A stretch of 61,972 nt of DNA, the filler included, from an uncultured bacterium (GTDB lineage: Bacteria > DAOPZR01): NCBI GenBank assembly GCA_964637655.1. It is 7 parts of 7 records of this genome, joined end to end, with 100 filler letters (N's around TTAATTAATTAA, not from the genome) between each part and the next. Parts side by side here need not be neighbours in the genome. Positions count along the whole stretch, not along the records: positions 35,632 to 44,361 come from CAZWUZ010000168.1; positions 44,462 to 53,169 come from CAZWUZ010000169.1; 5 more parts are not named here. One strand, given 5' to 3'. Shown in pieces: positions 39,801-48,414 of this stretch. The notes under the pieces are model-generated. The model ran no database searches. It was not told the origin of the DNA and worked only from the letters and a program-made list of their open reading frames with translations. Every line of letters starts with the position of its first letter. The first letter of the stretch is position 1. A program made the position numbers and the translations under genes.

Positions 39801-40883
39801 AAACTGATAAATGACACGTGGGGGCATGCATACGGGGATGCATTCCTCCGTCGCACCGTTGAATATTTGCAGGAGAAAATGGTCGGGAAGGCAGAAGTCA
39901 TTCGCTTTGGCGGGGAGGAAATTCTGATATGGCCAAGGCCAGGGGTTTCTAACCATGCGGTAGTCGCAGCAGTCGACAGTGCCCGGGAAGAGTTCCAGAG
40001 GACACTCATCAATACGCCCGATGGCAGACGCAGGTTTAGTTTCAGCGCGGGATTTGGATTGACACAGCAGGCGGCGGACGAGGCGTTATACAACGCAAAG
40101 CACGCGGGGCGCAACCGCGTGTACACAGAGGAGGGAATGTATGGAAGACAAAGACGGGCAGAAGTGTATCCGGAGAGATCATACCGGGAGCAGGAAAACG
40201 CCCCCACCTCGGGAATATCGTCCGACGTGGGAGGAACGATTGGAAACGGATTATTGGTATCGCCAGATAGGGAGGATCGCCGGCCTGAACAAGCTGAAGT
40301 AGCAACAGCAAGGCAGGCATTGAACGATGCGCGCGAAGTCGGCAGACGTGCTGATGCTGAGCATAGTGCACGGCGGATCGCACATCTGCAGGGGCGTACA
40401 TATCGTGTTGGGGATTCCATGACCCCAACGAAAGGTACGCGTCGTGCGGCGGAACAGCAACCGAGAAAATCTGTCTGGACGATAACGCGGGAGTCATATA
40501 TTGAGCAGGCAGGGAAGAATGGCGCTGATGTTGGTGCAGCCGGCAAGATGTATGACCGCCTCTGCTCTCGCATTGACATTAGTGCTGAGGACAAACATGA
40601 AATCGTGAAGGCAGCATTGGGGATGTACACGAACGACCGTGACAGCCGCAGAATGATGCGCACTAAGTATGTTTGCGAGGATTATCGTATCGATGATGCG
40701 GCGAGGCGTACGAAAGCGGCGCGCGCTCCCGTACCCAATGAAGCGCGCAATGCTCATGATGACTCCGTGCAGAAGATGGTGCAGAACAATCTGCCTAAGA
40801 GTATTCGCGCGGTGCAGCAACAGCAGGAGGGGGAAGATAATTACTCCAAACAGCACGTCAGTGAAAATGAGGCATCCCAGTAA
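36852..40883 (+). CDS. MOBF (TrwC/TraI-like) relaxase-SF1 helicase fused to a GGDEF domain
   Basis: DYY...RYY, YDLTFSPDKSVS, SRSGDPHLHTH; helicase GTAGAGKS, VDEASM, GDRAQL, HRQ, GYALT..AQGQT, YVQISRAR; GGDEF at about 39650-40125. Confidence 0.92.
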   Translation: MLNCRKITSGNETAAADYYATENRYYSDQAQGGLRIQGTLAAYLGFQPGEQITANELAALLAGRDRSGEDVLAKREKHRVSAYDLTFSPDKSVSVAVLDDQRLIDAHHRAVSLAMAEIEARYLRGRDRSGTNHEGDGRAAWATATDNLSRSGDPHLHTHAIVLNMSERGGKVAALDGKKLLRRDVVMLGGEIYRQVLRREVSALGYSTSETKNGWRLDAVSIDLCRELSSRRNEITAALGRAALKKGDGVILSARERERIGIAGGTVEEVGERIITITAANGCRADIPIAGTDAAAWAMTRVAKDNSPGSAEAVQHWRAVAAKYKTSVEHERQRAAIEYAQWRDAAAYSLWAQHGREGKAESEREAWGRAAVRATARQAWASREAMLYEYLRERGDELLTIAQAEERLEQAKQTGILAHDGAGRFTSWDLVEADRKCVLALDHAVSAELVRADADKLLARVTACDSGRVPLDSEQQEAVRAILASERGVVAIQGTAGAGKSTMCRALKSAADIAGIEVIGASVAGKAAANLRDSSGIQSYTMVGLLNNYDKQQPGSRKPRVVVVDEASMVGTRAMARLLERAAAHGDKIVLMGDRAQLSAINAGRPFERIQEQAAVRGELLTLTSNHRQTNPVLREAVEYARRGQMAETIRVLDEAGAVIEYDSETDKNTGISRHEVIAEIFKRGDLVLTCTRTDRDRLNAAIRSRQVLSGEVAAGSATVVTYKDEDGIEVDKGISLGAGDRVVFKENDRRFGICNGDTGTVVSMSGDGALDVRHDDGREISMGNYRALDHGYALTTASAQGQTCQRVIIDAATAHGVHDARSVYVQISRAREQALIFTDDKERLLENVQDMAVPMDTLGFIATTMASAITPEHELLAANGNHVVHTHSQATRRPVVSAQTSSSSVAVPTFEQFRKMPLRQQRAEWIRRERDAYTDSLTGARSRAWAERHSIMRMETIDVHGGKVVRPVIANGFQGMIDIDRFKLINDTWGHAYGDAFLRRTVEYLQEKMVGKAEVIRFGGEEILIWPRPGVSNHAVVAAVDSAREEFQRTLINTPDGRRRFSFSAGFGLTQQAADEALYNAKHAGRNRVYTEEGMYGRQRRAEVYPERSYREQENAPTSGISSDVGGTIGNGLLVSPDREDRRPEQAEVATARQALNDAREVGRRADAEHSARRIAHLQGRTYRVGDSMTPTKGTRRAAEQQPRKSVWTITRESYIEQAGKNGADVGAAGKMYDRLCSRIDISAEDKHEIVKAALGMYTNDRDSRRMMRTKYVCEDYRIDDAARRTKAARAPVPNEARNAHDDSVQKMVQNNLPKSIRAVQQQQEGEDNYSKQHVSENEASQ

Positions 40884-40913
40884 ACAACCAGGGGATGACG
40901 GGAGGAAAATTGA

Positions 40914-42893
40914 ATGAATACGTATGGTGGCGGGGATGGCATTGGTGGTACGATCATGATGGCGATGGCCGTGGGTTTGGTGATTTTGAGTATCGGTATT
41001 TACGGAGTATACCAGTCTACCGACATGCTTGATCATGGTGCAACGTGGTGGTCTGACTCCCTTGTGTACTCAGCCGGAGCGAGTTCTAGCGGAATCTTCC
41101 GTTTTGCCGCGCGGAGTGCCGATGCGGTCGGCCGAGTGTTCGCGGCGACAAATGAGTTTGCGGGGATCTGCTGGATATTGCTTGCGCTCATTTATTTGTC
41201 AATTACGGTGTATCACAGAATATATGGTACGGAACCACGCGAGACTGTCTCTGTAATATGCGGCATATCAGCAGTGTTGTCCGTATGTTGCGGGATATTG
41301 TTTATTGCCGGAATTTCTGGTGAAATAACTGAGTATACAATCGCGTTGTATGTTGCGGCAGCCGCGTTGCTCAATGCAGCGAATATGTATTTCGCGATAG
41401 ATACGTACGTATTCGCCCGGCCGATAACCAATCTGTATCGCATCATGCGAGGGAAGTCGATTATCGATATCGATGCGCCCAATGCCAACAAATTCGGGGG
41501 TATACTTATTGGGGAAAAGGATGATCAATTGCTACCGCGTATCATCAGGCGATTTGCTGCTCCNNNNNNNNNNGAAAGACTCGACTCCGGGGAGGAAATT
41601 CGTCTGCCTTACGAGAATCTCGCCAATGGAATATGTGTGGTGGGTGCGAAAAATGCCGGGAAGAGCAGAACGCTCTTCCAAATCATAGAGCAGGTTCGCG
41701 CACGTTGGCCGGATATTATTACAATCGTCGTTGATAAAAAGGGTGGCGAGTTTTGCAACCGCTATTACGACGAAGAGCGGGATCTCATTCTGGCCCCACA
41801 CGACAGACGGTCGGCATGGTGGGATATCATGGCCGACTTCGTAAGGTGGCCGCAATTGATCAACGTAGCGGTGATGGCGGCGCTGGAATCACGGATGTCG
41901 TCACATGGTGACAACAAGATCTGGCATAGTGCGTCCTTGCGGATCATTGGGTCAATATGTAAGCGTATCGTGGCAAAAGGAGCGATCACGAATGCGGCGG
42001 ATGAAATCGCCAGGAGTCTGCGGAACTACAAGGAGGAGGCAGAAGATAACAATAATAAAACGGCACAGTCGAAATACGAAACGCTTGTGGAAGGAATCGG
42101 AGACCTGATACGCTGGTGTCTGCCGCCCGCCAACGCCAAGACAGCATACGGCATTGACGAATTGTTGAAGCGAACCGGGTTTCTTTTCCTAATCGATCCT
42201 CCCGATGGGACCGCAGAGCAACAGGGGAGCATGAATGTCCTGCTCGCGTGCTTGCTCAGAAGGGCATTGTCAGGTCCGGATACCGACGCTCTGCATCCTA
42301 GGGTGTTGTTCGTAATCGACGAGATCAACACGATCAATATGGAACAGTCACTCGAAACCTCGTTGTACGCTACGGCGAGATCTAAGGGGATAATTATCGT
42401 CACGGCTGGGCAAGTCATACCCGATGACCAAGCGGAGCGAAAAGTACAGTGGTGGTCGCAGAGCGAATACCGCATTGTCATGAAACTCATTGATGAAGGC
42501 AGCCGCCGGCGGGCTACCGCGGCGATTGGCAAACAGTTGTATGACGAAAAGACGATCAGCAACTCCACGTTCGGATTCATCAGTGGCATGAGGAATACCA
42601 CTCAACTCCAGGAGCGATACCATTCTGCATTTGAGGAAAACTACTGGCATCGGCTGCAGCCAAGGGAGTTCGTACTCATTTGCAACACCATCTGCACCGG
42701 GCGTGCTATCGAGGTTCCCATTGTGCAGTCAGTCGCAGGTGGGAATTGTGGTCAGATGCAGTACGATATAAGGACCGATGTGCTCGATTGGCAGGACAAA
42801 TTGGACGGCAAAGGCCGCATTCATGCAGGAGTGGGAGCAGGGACTAATGACAGTACGGAGGAGGACAACAATGAGACTGATCGCGCAGACTGA
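40914..42893 (+). CDS. Type IV coupling protein (TrwB/TraD-like); spans a 10-N gap at 41564-41573
   Basis: N-terminal TM helices; VGAKNAGKS; VDKKGGEF...LILAPHDRRSAWWD; FVIDE; ARSKG...AGQ. Confidence 0.85.
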   Translation: MNTYGGGDGIGGTIMMAMAVGLVILSIGIYGVYQSTDMLDHGATWWSDSLVYSAGASSSGIFRFAARSADAVGRVFAATNEFAGICWILLALIYLSITVYHRIYGTEPRETVSVICGISAVLSVCCGILFIAGISGEITEYTIALYVAAAALLNAANMYFAIDTYVFARPITNLYRIMRGKSIIDIDAPNANKFGGILIGEKDDQLLPRIIRRFAAXXXXERLDSGEEIRLPYENLANGICVVGAKNAGKSRTLFQIIEQVRARWPDIITIVVDKKGGEFCNRYYDEERDLILAPHDRRSAWWDIMADFVRWPQLINVAVMAALESRMSSHGDNKIWHSASLRIIGSICKRIVAKGAITNAADEIARSLRNYKEEAEDNNNKTAQSKYETLVEGIGDLIRWCLPPANAKTAYGIDELLKRTGFLFLIDPPDGTAEQQGSMNVLLACLLRRALSGPDTDALHPRVLFVIDEINTINMEQSLETSLYATARSKGIIIVTAGQVIPDDQAERKVQWWSQSEYRIVMKLIDEGSRRRATAAIGKQLYDEKTISNSTFGFISGMRNTTQLQERYHSAFEENYWHRLQPREFVLICNTICTGRAIEVPIVQSVAGGNCGQMQYDIRTDVLDWQDKLDGKGRIHAGVGAGTNDSTEEDNNETDRAD

Positions 42894-43110
42894 CAAGCAG
42901 ATTGATATCCTTGAACGCGAACTCGAAAAGTTGCGGGAACGGCGTATGGCAAAAGTTGAGCAACTGACGATTCGCATCGAGCGGCTGAAGAAAACAAAGG
43001 ACGTTCTTCTTGGGCCTGACAACGACATTGACGTCAAGCACAGACTCAAAGCACTGCGTAAGGCGAGGGCAATTATGGCTGCGCTGACCGGGGAAAGCGC
43101 GCCGGCGTGA
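42871..43110 (+). CDS. Small coiled-coil protein
   Basis: GGAGG RBS; heptad-like charged sequence; overlaps the coupling protein end. Confidence 0.6.
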   Translation: MRLIAQTDKQIDILERELEKLRERRMAKVEQLTIRIERLKKTKDVLLGPDNDIDVKHRLKALRKARAIMAALTGESAPA

Positions 43111-43169
43111 TATTGTAGCGTATGTGCAATGACTTACGCGAAATTTACGCGAATATCACGGAAATGCCC

Positions 43170-43198
43170 TTGACAGAATCCTGAATTGCGGTAGAATA
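43170..43198 (+). promoter_or_regulatory. Sigma70 promoter preceded by a TTACGCGAA direct repeat
   Basis: TTGACA-17bp-TAGAAT; TTACGCGAA twice at 43134-43153. Confidence 0.7.
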
Positions 43199-43284
43199 CA
43201 CGTGTCACGCACGGAAGTCGCCCACCAATTACGTCACGGATACCACCCCGGCAACGTCACCCATCACATAGCCGAGGTGCGGGC

Positions 43285-44361
43285 ATGGCGACACTGGCGG
43301 CAGTAGCCAGGGCAGCGGGAGCAGTTGCAGCGGCACCGTCCGCCGTGTCCGCACCACCCCCTAACGACAAGACGACCACGCAGGACGCCCCCCGGCGCAA
43401 AGTCGGGGGGTGTCACCTTGCAGACAGCGCCGCGATCCGCGCCGCGCTGGCTGCGTCCCGGAGTTTCGCCCGGGCGGGGAAGCAGAAGCCCCGCCCGAAA
43501 TACCGCCAGGCGGACGTGATCGAACGAACAAAGGCCGGGATCCAACCCGAAACAACTAACGATCGTGTACGGCGATACGGCGCGACGATATACGTTGACC
43601 CATTTATGACCATCGCCACGATGTCCGCCCGCACCGGAATCCCTAGGGCGGCACTTTGCCGCTACCTGTCCTCGGCACGGAAAAAAGGGTATTTGCAGAC
43701 CGTCCGCAACCAGCAACACCACGGCGACAAGCGCGCAAAACGCTGTGGGATGTATGTCATGCACCCTCATTTTGTTGCCCTGCTTGGCCTGGACGCAAAA
43801 GCGTATCGCAAGCGCGTCCAGGCTGCGGCAGCCGTCTTGCGCAGTGTCCGGCACCTGGACGGGCGCAAAAACGCGGCGGCCTGGCGCGCGTTCTGCCGCA
43901 GATCGTCCCTGCTGTGCCTGTGGCTGGGGATCCCGTTTTTTTTGGCGGATGAAAAATCAAAATCTCATAGCATTGGGTGTAGACCAAATAAGGAAAAAAG
44001 CATACCCCTACGGGGTAATGCTTTTTATCCTTCCGCATCCACGACCGGCGGCGGTGGGGACGCCGCCTGCGTCGTGGGCGGCGGCGAGGCGGGGCGCGAC
44101 GGTGAAGCCGTCGCCCCGCCCGCCGGGAAAGGAGCAAGGGCGCCTGACACGGAGGCCGGCGCGCGCGCGGGGCGCGCGGGAATAACGTCAAAGGCACCGG
44201 CCGGCGGGATGAACGGAAAGCACCTGCGGGCTTTCCTGGGCGACAAGGACACACCCGGCGATCCGCTCGGCCTGCTGCGGGCTGCGGTCGGCATCAGGAC
44301 AAAAGCCGGACGCGACCGGATCCGTACGCGGCTTACCGACGACCATGCCGCTTTGCTGGCC
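43285..44361 (+). CDS. Basic winged-HTH protein, putative replication initiator, 3'-truncated
   Basis: TIATMSARTGIPRAALCRYLSSARKKGYL HTH-like segment; context in a mobile element. Confidence 0.45.
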
Positions 44362-44461
44362 NNNNNNNNNNNNNNNNNNNNNNNNNNNNNNNNNNNNNNN
44401 NNNNNTTAATTAATTAANNNNNNNNNNNNNNNNNNNNNNNNNNNNNNNNNNNNNNNNNNNN

Positions 44462-45931
44462 CTTCCTGCGCCTGCGCATCGTGCGGCCCTGAACCGCCGC
44501 GGCATCGGGCGCCACCTCGATTTCGTCCGTCGCCCCGTTGTGCCGCACGAGGTTTTCCACGAGCATGTCCTCGGCGATGACCGTGTATTCCCGGCGCATG
44601 TCCAGCGGCTGGCCGCGGAAGGTCAGTGCTTTGATACGCGCGCTGCGTCCCGTGCCGCTGTACGTGTATGCCAGCGTATAAGGGATGCTGATGTGGCGGT
44701 CGCCGCGCTGCAGGTAGTATTCGAGGAACTTCTTCACGTTCGCCCCGGTCATCGTTGCCCGGTGCAGGGTGCGGGTCCCGGTCATGGCGCTGCGCAGGTG
44801 GAATTCCGTCAATTCCGGACCGGGCACGTAGCGGCGCAACCCCTTGCTGTCGACGAAGGCGAGGTCGGCACGGAAGGCGTCGACGTAAGCATCGACGACG
44901 AAATTGCCCAGCGGGGTCTCCTCGAAGCGGCTGCTGTTCCAGAGCGGCGCGGAGAGCGTCGCCACCGGCGTCAGCTGCGCCTCGACTTCCTGCATTTCCG
45001 CCGCCAGCATCCTCTCCGCCTCCGCGTCACGCATGCCGTCGGCAAGCACCGGCTGCAGTTCGTAGGTCGTGACTTCGCAGGTATTGGCCGCCGCATCGAC
45101 TGCCAGCACCAGTTTCCCGAGGTATTCGCCGTTGGCGCCCGCCTGCACGATGGGGATGCCGTTGCTGATGACCGGCTCGGCCAGGGGGATATGCGTGTGC
45201 CCGCCGACGATGAGGTCGACCCCGAGGTCGGCCGGCAGTTTCTTCGCCAGCACCACGTCGTCGTCATCGCCAAGATGCGAGAGGATGACGGTCAGGTCGA
45301 TGTCGCCGGTCGCCGCCCGCACCGCTTTCGTCACCGCCGGCAGCGCGTCGCTGATCTCCACCCCGTGATCCTGCTCGTAGTAGCGCGCCCCGCTCTCGGG
45401 AAAGAGCCCGATGACGAGGATGCGCAGCCCGTTGCGCTCGATGACGGTCGACGTCCCGCAGAGCGGTCCCCCGCGGTAGTCGACATTGGCGGCGAGCAGC
45501 GGCCAGTTGATGCGTTCCATCAGTTCCTGCAGCCGCGGCCGCCCGTAATCGAGCTCGTGGTTGCCGAGCGCCGCGGCGTCGGGACCGATATGCCGCAGCA
45601 GTTCAACCGTCGCCGCCCCCTTCGTCCGCGCATCGATGCTGTTGGCGAGGAACATGTCCCCGGCAAAGAGCACGAGGCAGTTGGCATCGGCACTGCGTGC
45701 GCGCTGCAGCCGCGCCGCCAGCGCCACCGCCCCCGACCATTCCTCCGCACCGTCGCCGCCGGCGTCCGTCGGGCGCGTCAGCGGGTTCCATGCCGCGTGA
45801 AAATCGTTGAAGTGCCAGATGGTGAGCGCCACCGGTTCCGCCACCGGCGCGTTTTCCGTCACTTCCGCCGCAGGTTTGCCGCAGCCGCAGAGCAGCAGCA
45901 CCGCTGCCGTCAGTACCAGGAACGCACGCAT
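44462..45931 (-). CDS. Lipoprotein 5'-nucleotidase/metallophosphoesterase, 3'-truncated
   Basis: Lipobox-like LCGC; HFNDFH, AGDMF, GNHE, LSHLG, GGHTH, ETPLGNFVVDA. Confidence 0.9.
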
Positions 45932-45941
45932 CGTCCGCCTC

Positions 45942-47126
45942 CTACGCCAGCACTTGTGCCGCGCGTTCGCGGTAGAACGCCTCGCGTTCCTTCGCGTCCG
46001 GAATTTCCCGGCGCGGCACCACGGTAACCTGCCCCGTGGACGGCTTGTTGAACGACTGTTCGACAAACAGTTTGACGATGGCCGCGGGGACCGAGTAGAG
46101 GATGTCGTACGGGTCCTGCTGCCGCTGCCCGGCGCGGATTTCCGCCGTGCGCGCCATGGTCCGCTCGAAGTTGGTGCGGATCAGTTCCATGATCTTGCGC
46201 ACGTTCGGGGAGAGCGCGGCAAAGTCGACCGCTTCGAGTTTCGTCGCCCAGAGGTTGATCCCCGCCAGTTCCTTGCGCTCGTCGTCCGTCAGCGTCACCG
46301 GCGGCTCGAAGTAGACGAGGCGGATGTCATAGGTGTTCCCCGCGTAGAGCGAGTCGGGGTTCTCCATGGTGATGGGCGAGCGGTACTCGAGGTCGGTGTT
46401 GACCCCGTTGTAGAAGACATGATAGCCCGCGCGCAGGTAGTGATCGGTCAGCGCGTTGACCGTCCACCATGCCAGCGTGCTCTCCCACGGCTGGAAGCAG
46501 GGCCCGAAGGAACTGAAGAGCAGGTAGCGGACATTGTCGCAGGAGATATTGACCACGTTGGGCAATTCGCGGTAGAAAGTCGACTTGCCGCACCCGGCCG
46601 CGCCGATGGGGACCACGAGGCGCGGGCTCTTCGTCTTGAGGGTCTTCTCGTTCCACACCGGGTTGTTCTTCAGGGCGTCAGCGATCATCCCCTCGAGGTG
46701 CGCTTTGCCCTTCGCCACGCACTCCTGCAGGTTGTTGCCGGTGATCTGCGCCACAACGATAGCGAGCAGCGTGTTGACCTGCTGATAGGCATTGAGCTTG
46801 AAGCAGTAGTCGAATTGCTGCAGCGCACTGACCGCCGCGTCGAGGTCGGGGAGCGCCTTGACCACCGGGGCAGCCGCGTCCGCGGGTCCGAAGATCCCCC
46901 CCTTGTACATGTTCTTCGCCTCGTACAGCGCCGCCGGGCTCTTCCCCGCGAAGAACGCCTGCTCGATGATCCCGCTGAGGCAGATCCACAGATCGGTCTT
47001 GAGCAGCAGTGACCCGTCCCCCTTGTCGAGTTCACCCTGCAGCCGCGTCAGCCCGTACTTCGTCGCCGCCGCCTGCAGGAAATTGCGCGTCATTGCCACT
47101 GCCGTACCGCCCGTTACCGTTGCCAT
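45942..47126 (-). CDS. P-loop kinase-like (AAA_33-type) protein with unrecognised N-terminal domain
   Basis: VPIGAAGCGKST, ISCDNVR, NGVN...R; GGAGG RBS. Confidence 0.7.
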   Translation of the reverse strand: MATVTGGTAVAMTRNFLQAAATKYGLTRLQGELDKGDGSLLLKTDLWICLSGIIEQAFFAGKSPAALYEAKNMYKGGIFGPADAAAPVVKALPDLDAAVSALQQFDYCFKLNAYQQVNTLLAIVVAQITGNNLQECVAKGKAHLEGMIADALKNNPVWNEKTLKTKSPRLVVPIGAAGCGKSTFYRELPNVVNISCDNVRYLLFSSFGPCFQPWESTLAWWTVNALTDHYLRAGYHVFYNGVNTDLEYRSPITMENPDSLYAGNTYDIRLVYFEPPVTLTDDERKELAGINLWATKLEAVDFAALSPNVRKIMELIRTNFERTMARTAEIRAGQRQQDPYDILYSVPAAIVKLFVEQSFNKPSTGQVTVVPRREIPDAKEREAFYRERAAQVLA

Positions 47127-47151
47127 CGTTCTATCCTCCGTTGGTTGGTTT

Positions 47152-47466
47152 TTATTTCCAGATGCTGCGCAGGCGCCCCAGCGCCTCACCGAACAGTCCG
47201 CGTTTCGCCGCGACCAACTTGTCCAGTTCACCCGCATCGAGGTAGATGCCGCCGCATTCGGGGCAGACCTCGACCTCGATGCCGTCGAGGCGTGTCGTCG
47301 TCATCGTGTCGCCGCACTTGGCACAATGCATGTGGTGCAGCGCTTTGCGCCGTTCCCGCTCCGCCGTCGCGGTCTCGCGCAGATGCTGCGCGCGCAACGC
47401 GCTGATGCGCTCCTTTTCGCGCTCGGCAAAGTACTGTTCCTCGTTCTCGCTCGGCCTGACCGGCAT
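47152..47466 (-). CDS. zf-TFIIB zinc-ribbon protein
   Basis: ENEEQYF; CAKC...CPECGGIYLDAGEL. Confidence 0.85.
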   Translation of the reverse strand: MPVRPSENEEQYFAEREKERISALRAQHLRETATAERERRKALHHMHCAKCGDTMTTTRLDGIEVEVCPECGGIYLDAGELDKLVAAKRGLFGEALGRLRSIWK

Positions 47467-47487
47467 GTCGTTCTCCTCCGTCCCCCT

Positions 47488-48414
47488 TTACAGGGTGAGT
47501 GTCATTCCTTCGCGCGCGGCAAAGACCCGCGGGCCGTGTTCCCGTTTCGCCTTCTCCCGGTACTCCCGCTCGATGGCGCGCAGCGACGCATCGGTGCGGT
47601 TCGGGTCATGGTGGAAAAAGCAGAGCTGGCGTACGCGCGCCTGTTTCGCCAGCGCGTAGACATCCTCGAAGGTCGAATGCCCCCAGCCAAGCCCGTAGGC
47701 GCGGTATTCCGCGCGCGTGAAGAACGCATCGGTGATCAGCAGGTCGACATCCGCGACAAAGGCGCGCAGTTCCGCCAGCAGTTCCGCGTAGACCTGGCGG
47801 CCGCTGCGCACCACGTGCGGGCGGCGCGTGGTCAGCACGCGCCGGAAATAGTCGTCGTTGTAGAGTTCGTTATCGGTGACATAGGCGATACGCCTGCCGT
47901 CGACCGTGAACTTGTAGGCGAGGTCGATGACGGGGTGGTTGGTCACCATCGTCTCAACGTCGATCCCGTCGAGCAGGTGGGGGTAGCTGCCGATGGCCAG
48001 TTCGGTGAACGAGATGTCGGAATCGAGCTTGCGCAGGCGGATGGGAAAGTAGAAATGCTGCATCTGGGTCGAAATCAGCTCTTCGAGCGAGACGTGGAAC
48101 AGGCGCGGCCCGTAGACGCGGATGGTGTTCCCCTTGACGAAGGCGGAGGCAAAGAACGGCAGGCCCTGGATATGGTCCCAGTGGGTATGTGAGATGAACA
48201 GGTGCAGCGTGCGCCCCTTCACCTGCCCGGCCGCGCGCTGCGCCCTGCCCAGCAGGCGGATCCCCGAGCCCGCGTCGAGGATGATGAACTGCCCGTTGGC
48301 TTCGAGCGTCACGCAGGCGGTATTGCCGCCGTAATGCACCGTCTCGATGCCCGGGGCGGGAATCGACCCGCGCACGCCCCAGAAGGTGACCTTCGCCCGC
48401 GGCGCTGCCATCAC
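47488..48414 (-). CDS. MBL-fold metallohydrolase (putative phosphodiesterase)
   Basis: FWGVRGS, YGGNTAC, DAGSG, SHTHWDHIQG, TDNE, WGHS, FHHDP. Confidence 0.88.
   Translation of the reverse strand: MMAAPRAKVTFWGVRGSIPAPGIETVHYGGNTACVTLEANGQFIILDAGSGIRLLGRAQRAAGQVKGRTLHLFISHTHWDHIQGLPFFASAFVKGNTIRVYGPRLFHVSLEELISTQMQHFYFPIRLRKLDSDISFTELAIGSYPHLLDGIDVETMVTNHPVIDLAYKFTVDGRRIAYVTDNELYNDDYFRRVLTTRRPHVVRSGRQVYAELLAELRAFVADVDLLITDAFFTRAEYRAYGLGWGHSTFEDVYALAKQARVRQLCFFHHDPNRTDASLRAIEREYREKAKREHGPRVFAAREGMTLTL

Larger units (their letters stand above)
36470..44361 (+). mobile_element. Mobilisable plasmid or integrative element (relaxase, coupling protein, putative Rep); boundaries not defined
   Basis: Gene set; codon usage less GC-rich than housekeeping contigs; AT-rich oriT-candidate region upstream of the relaxase. 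Confidence 0.75.
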
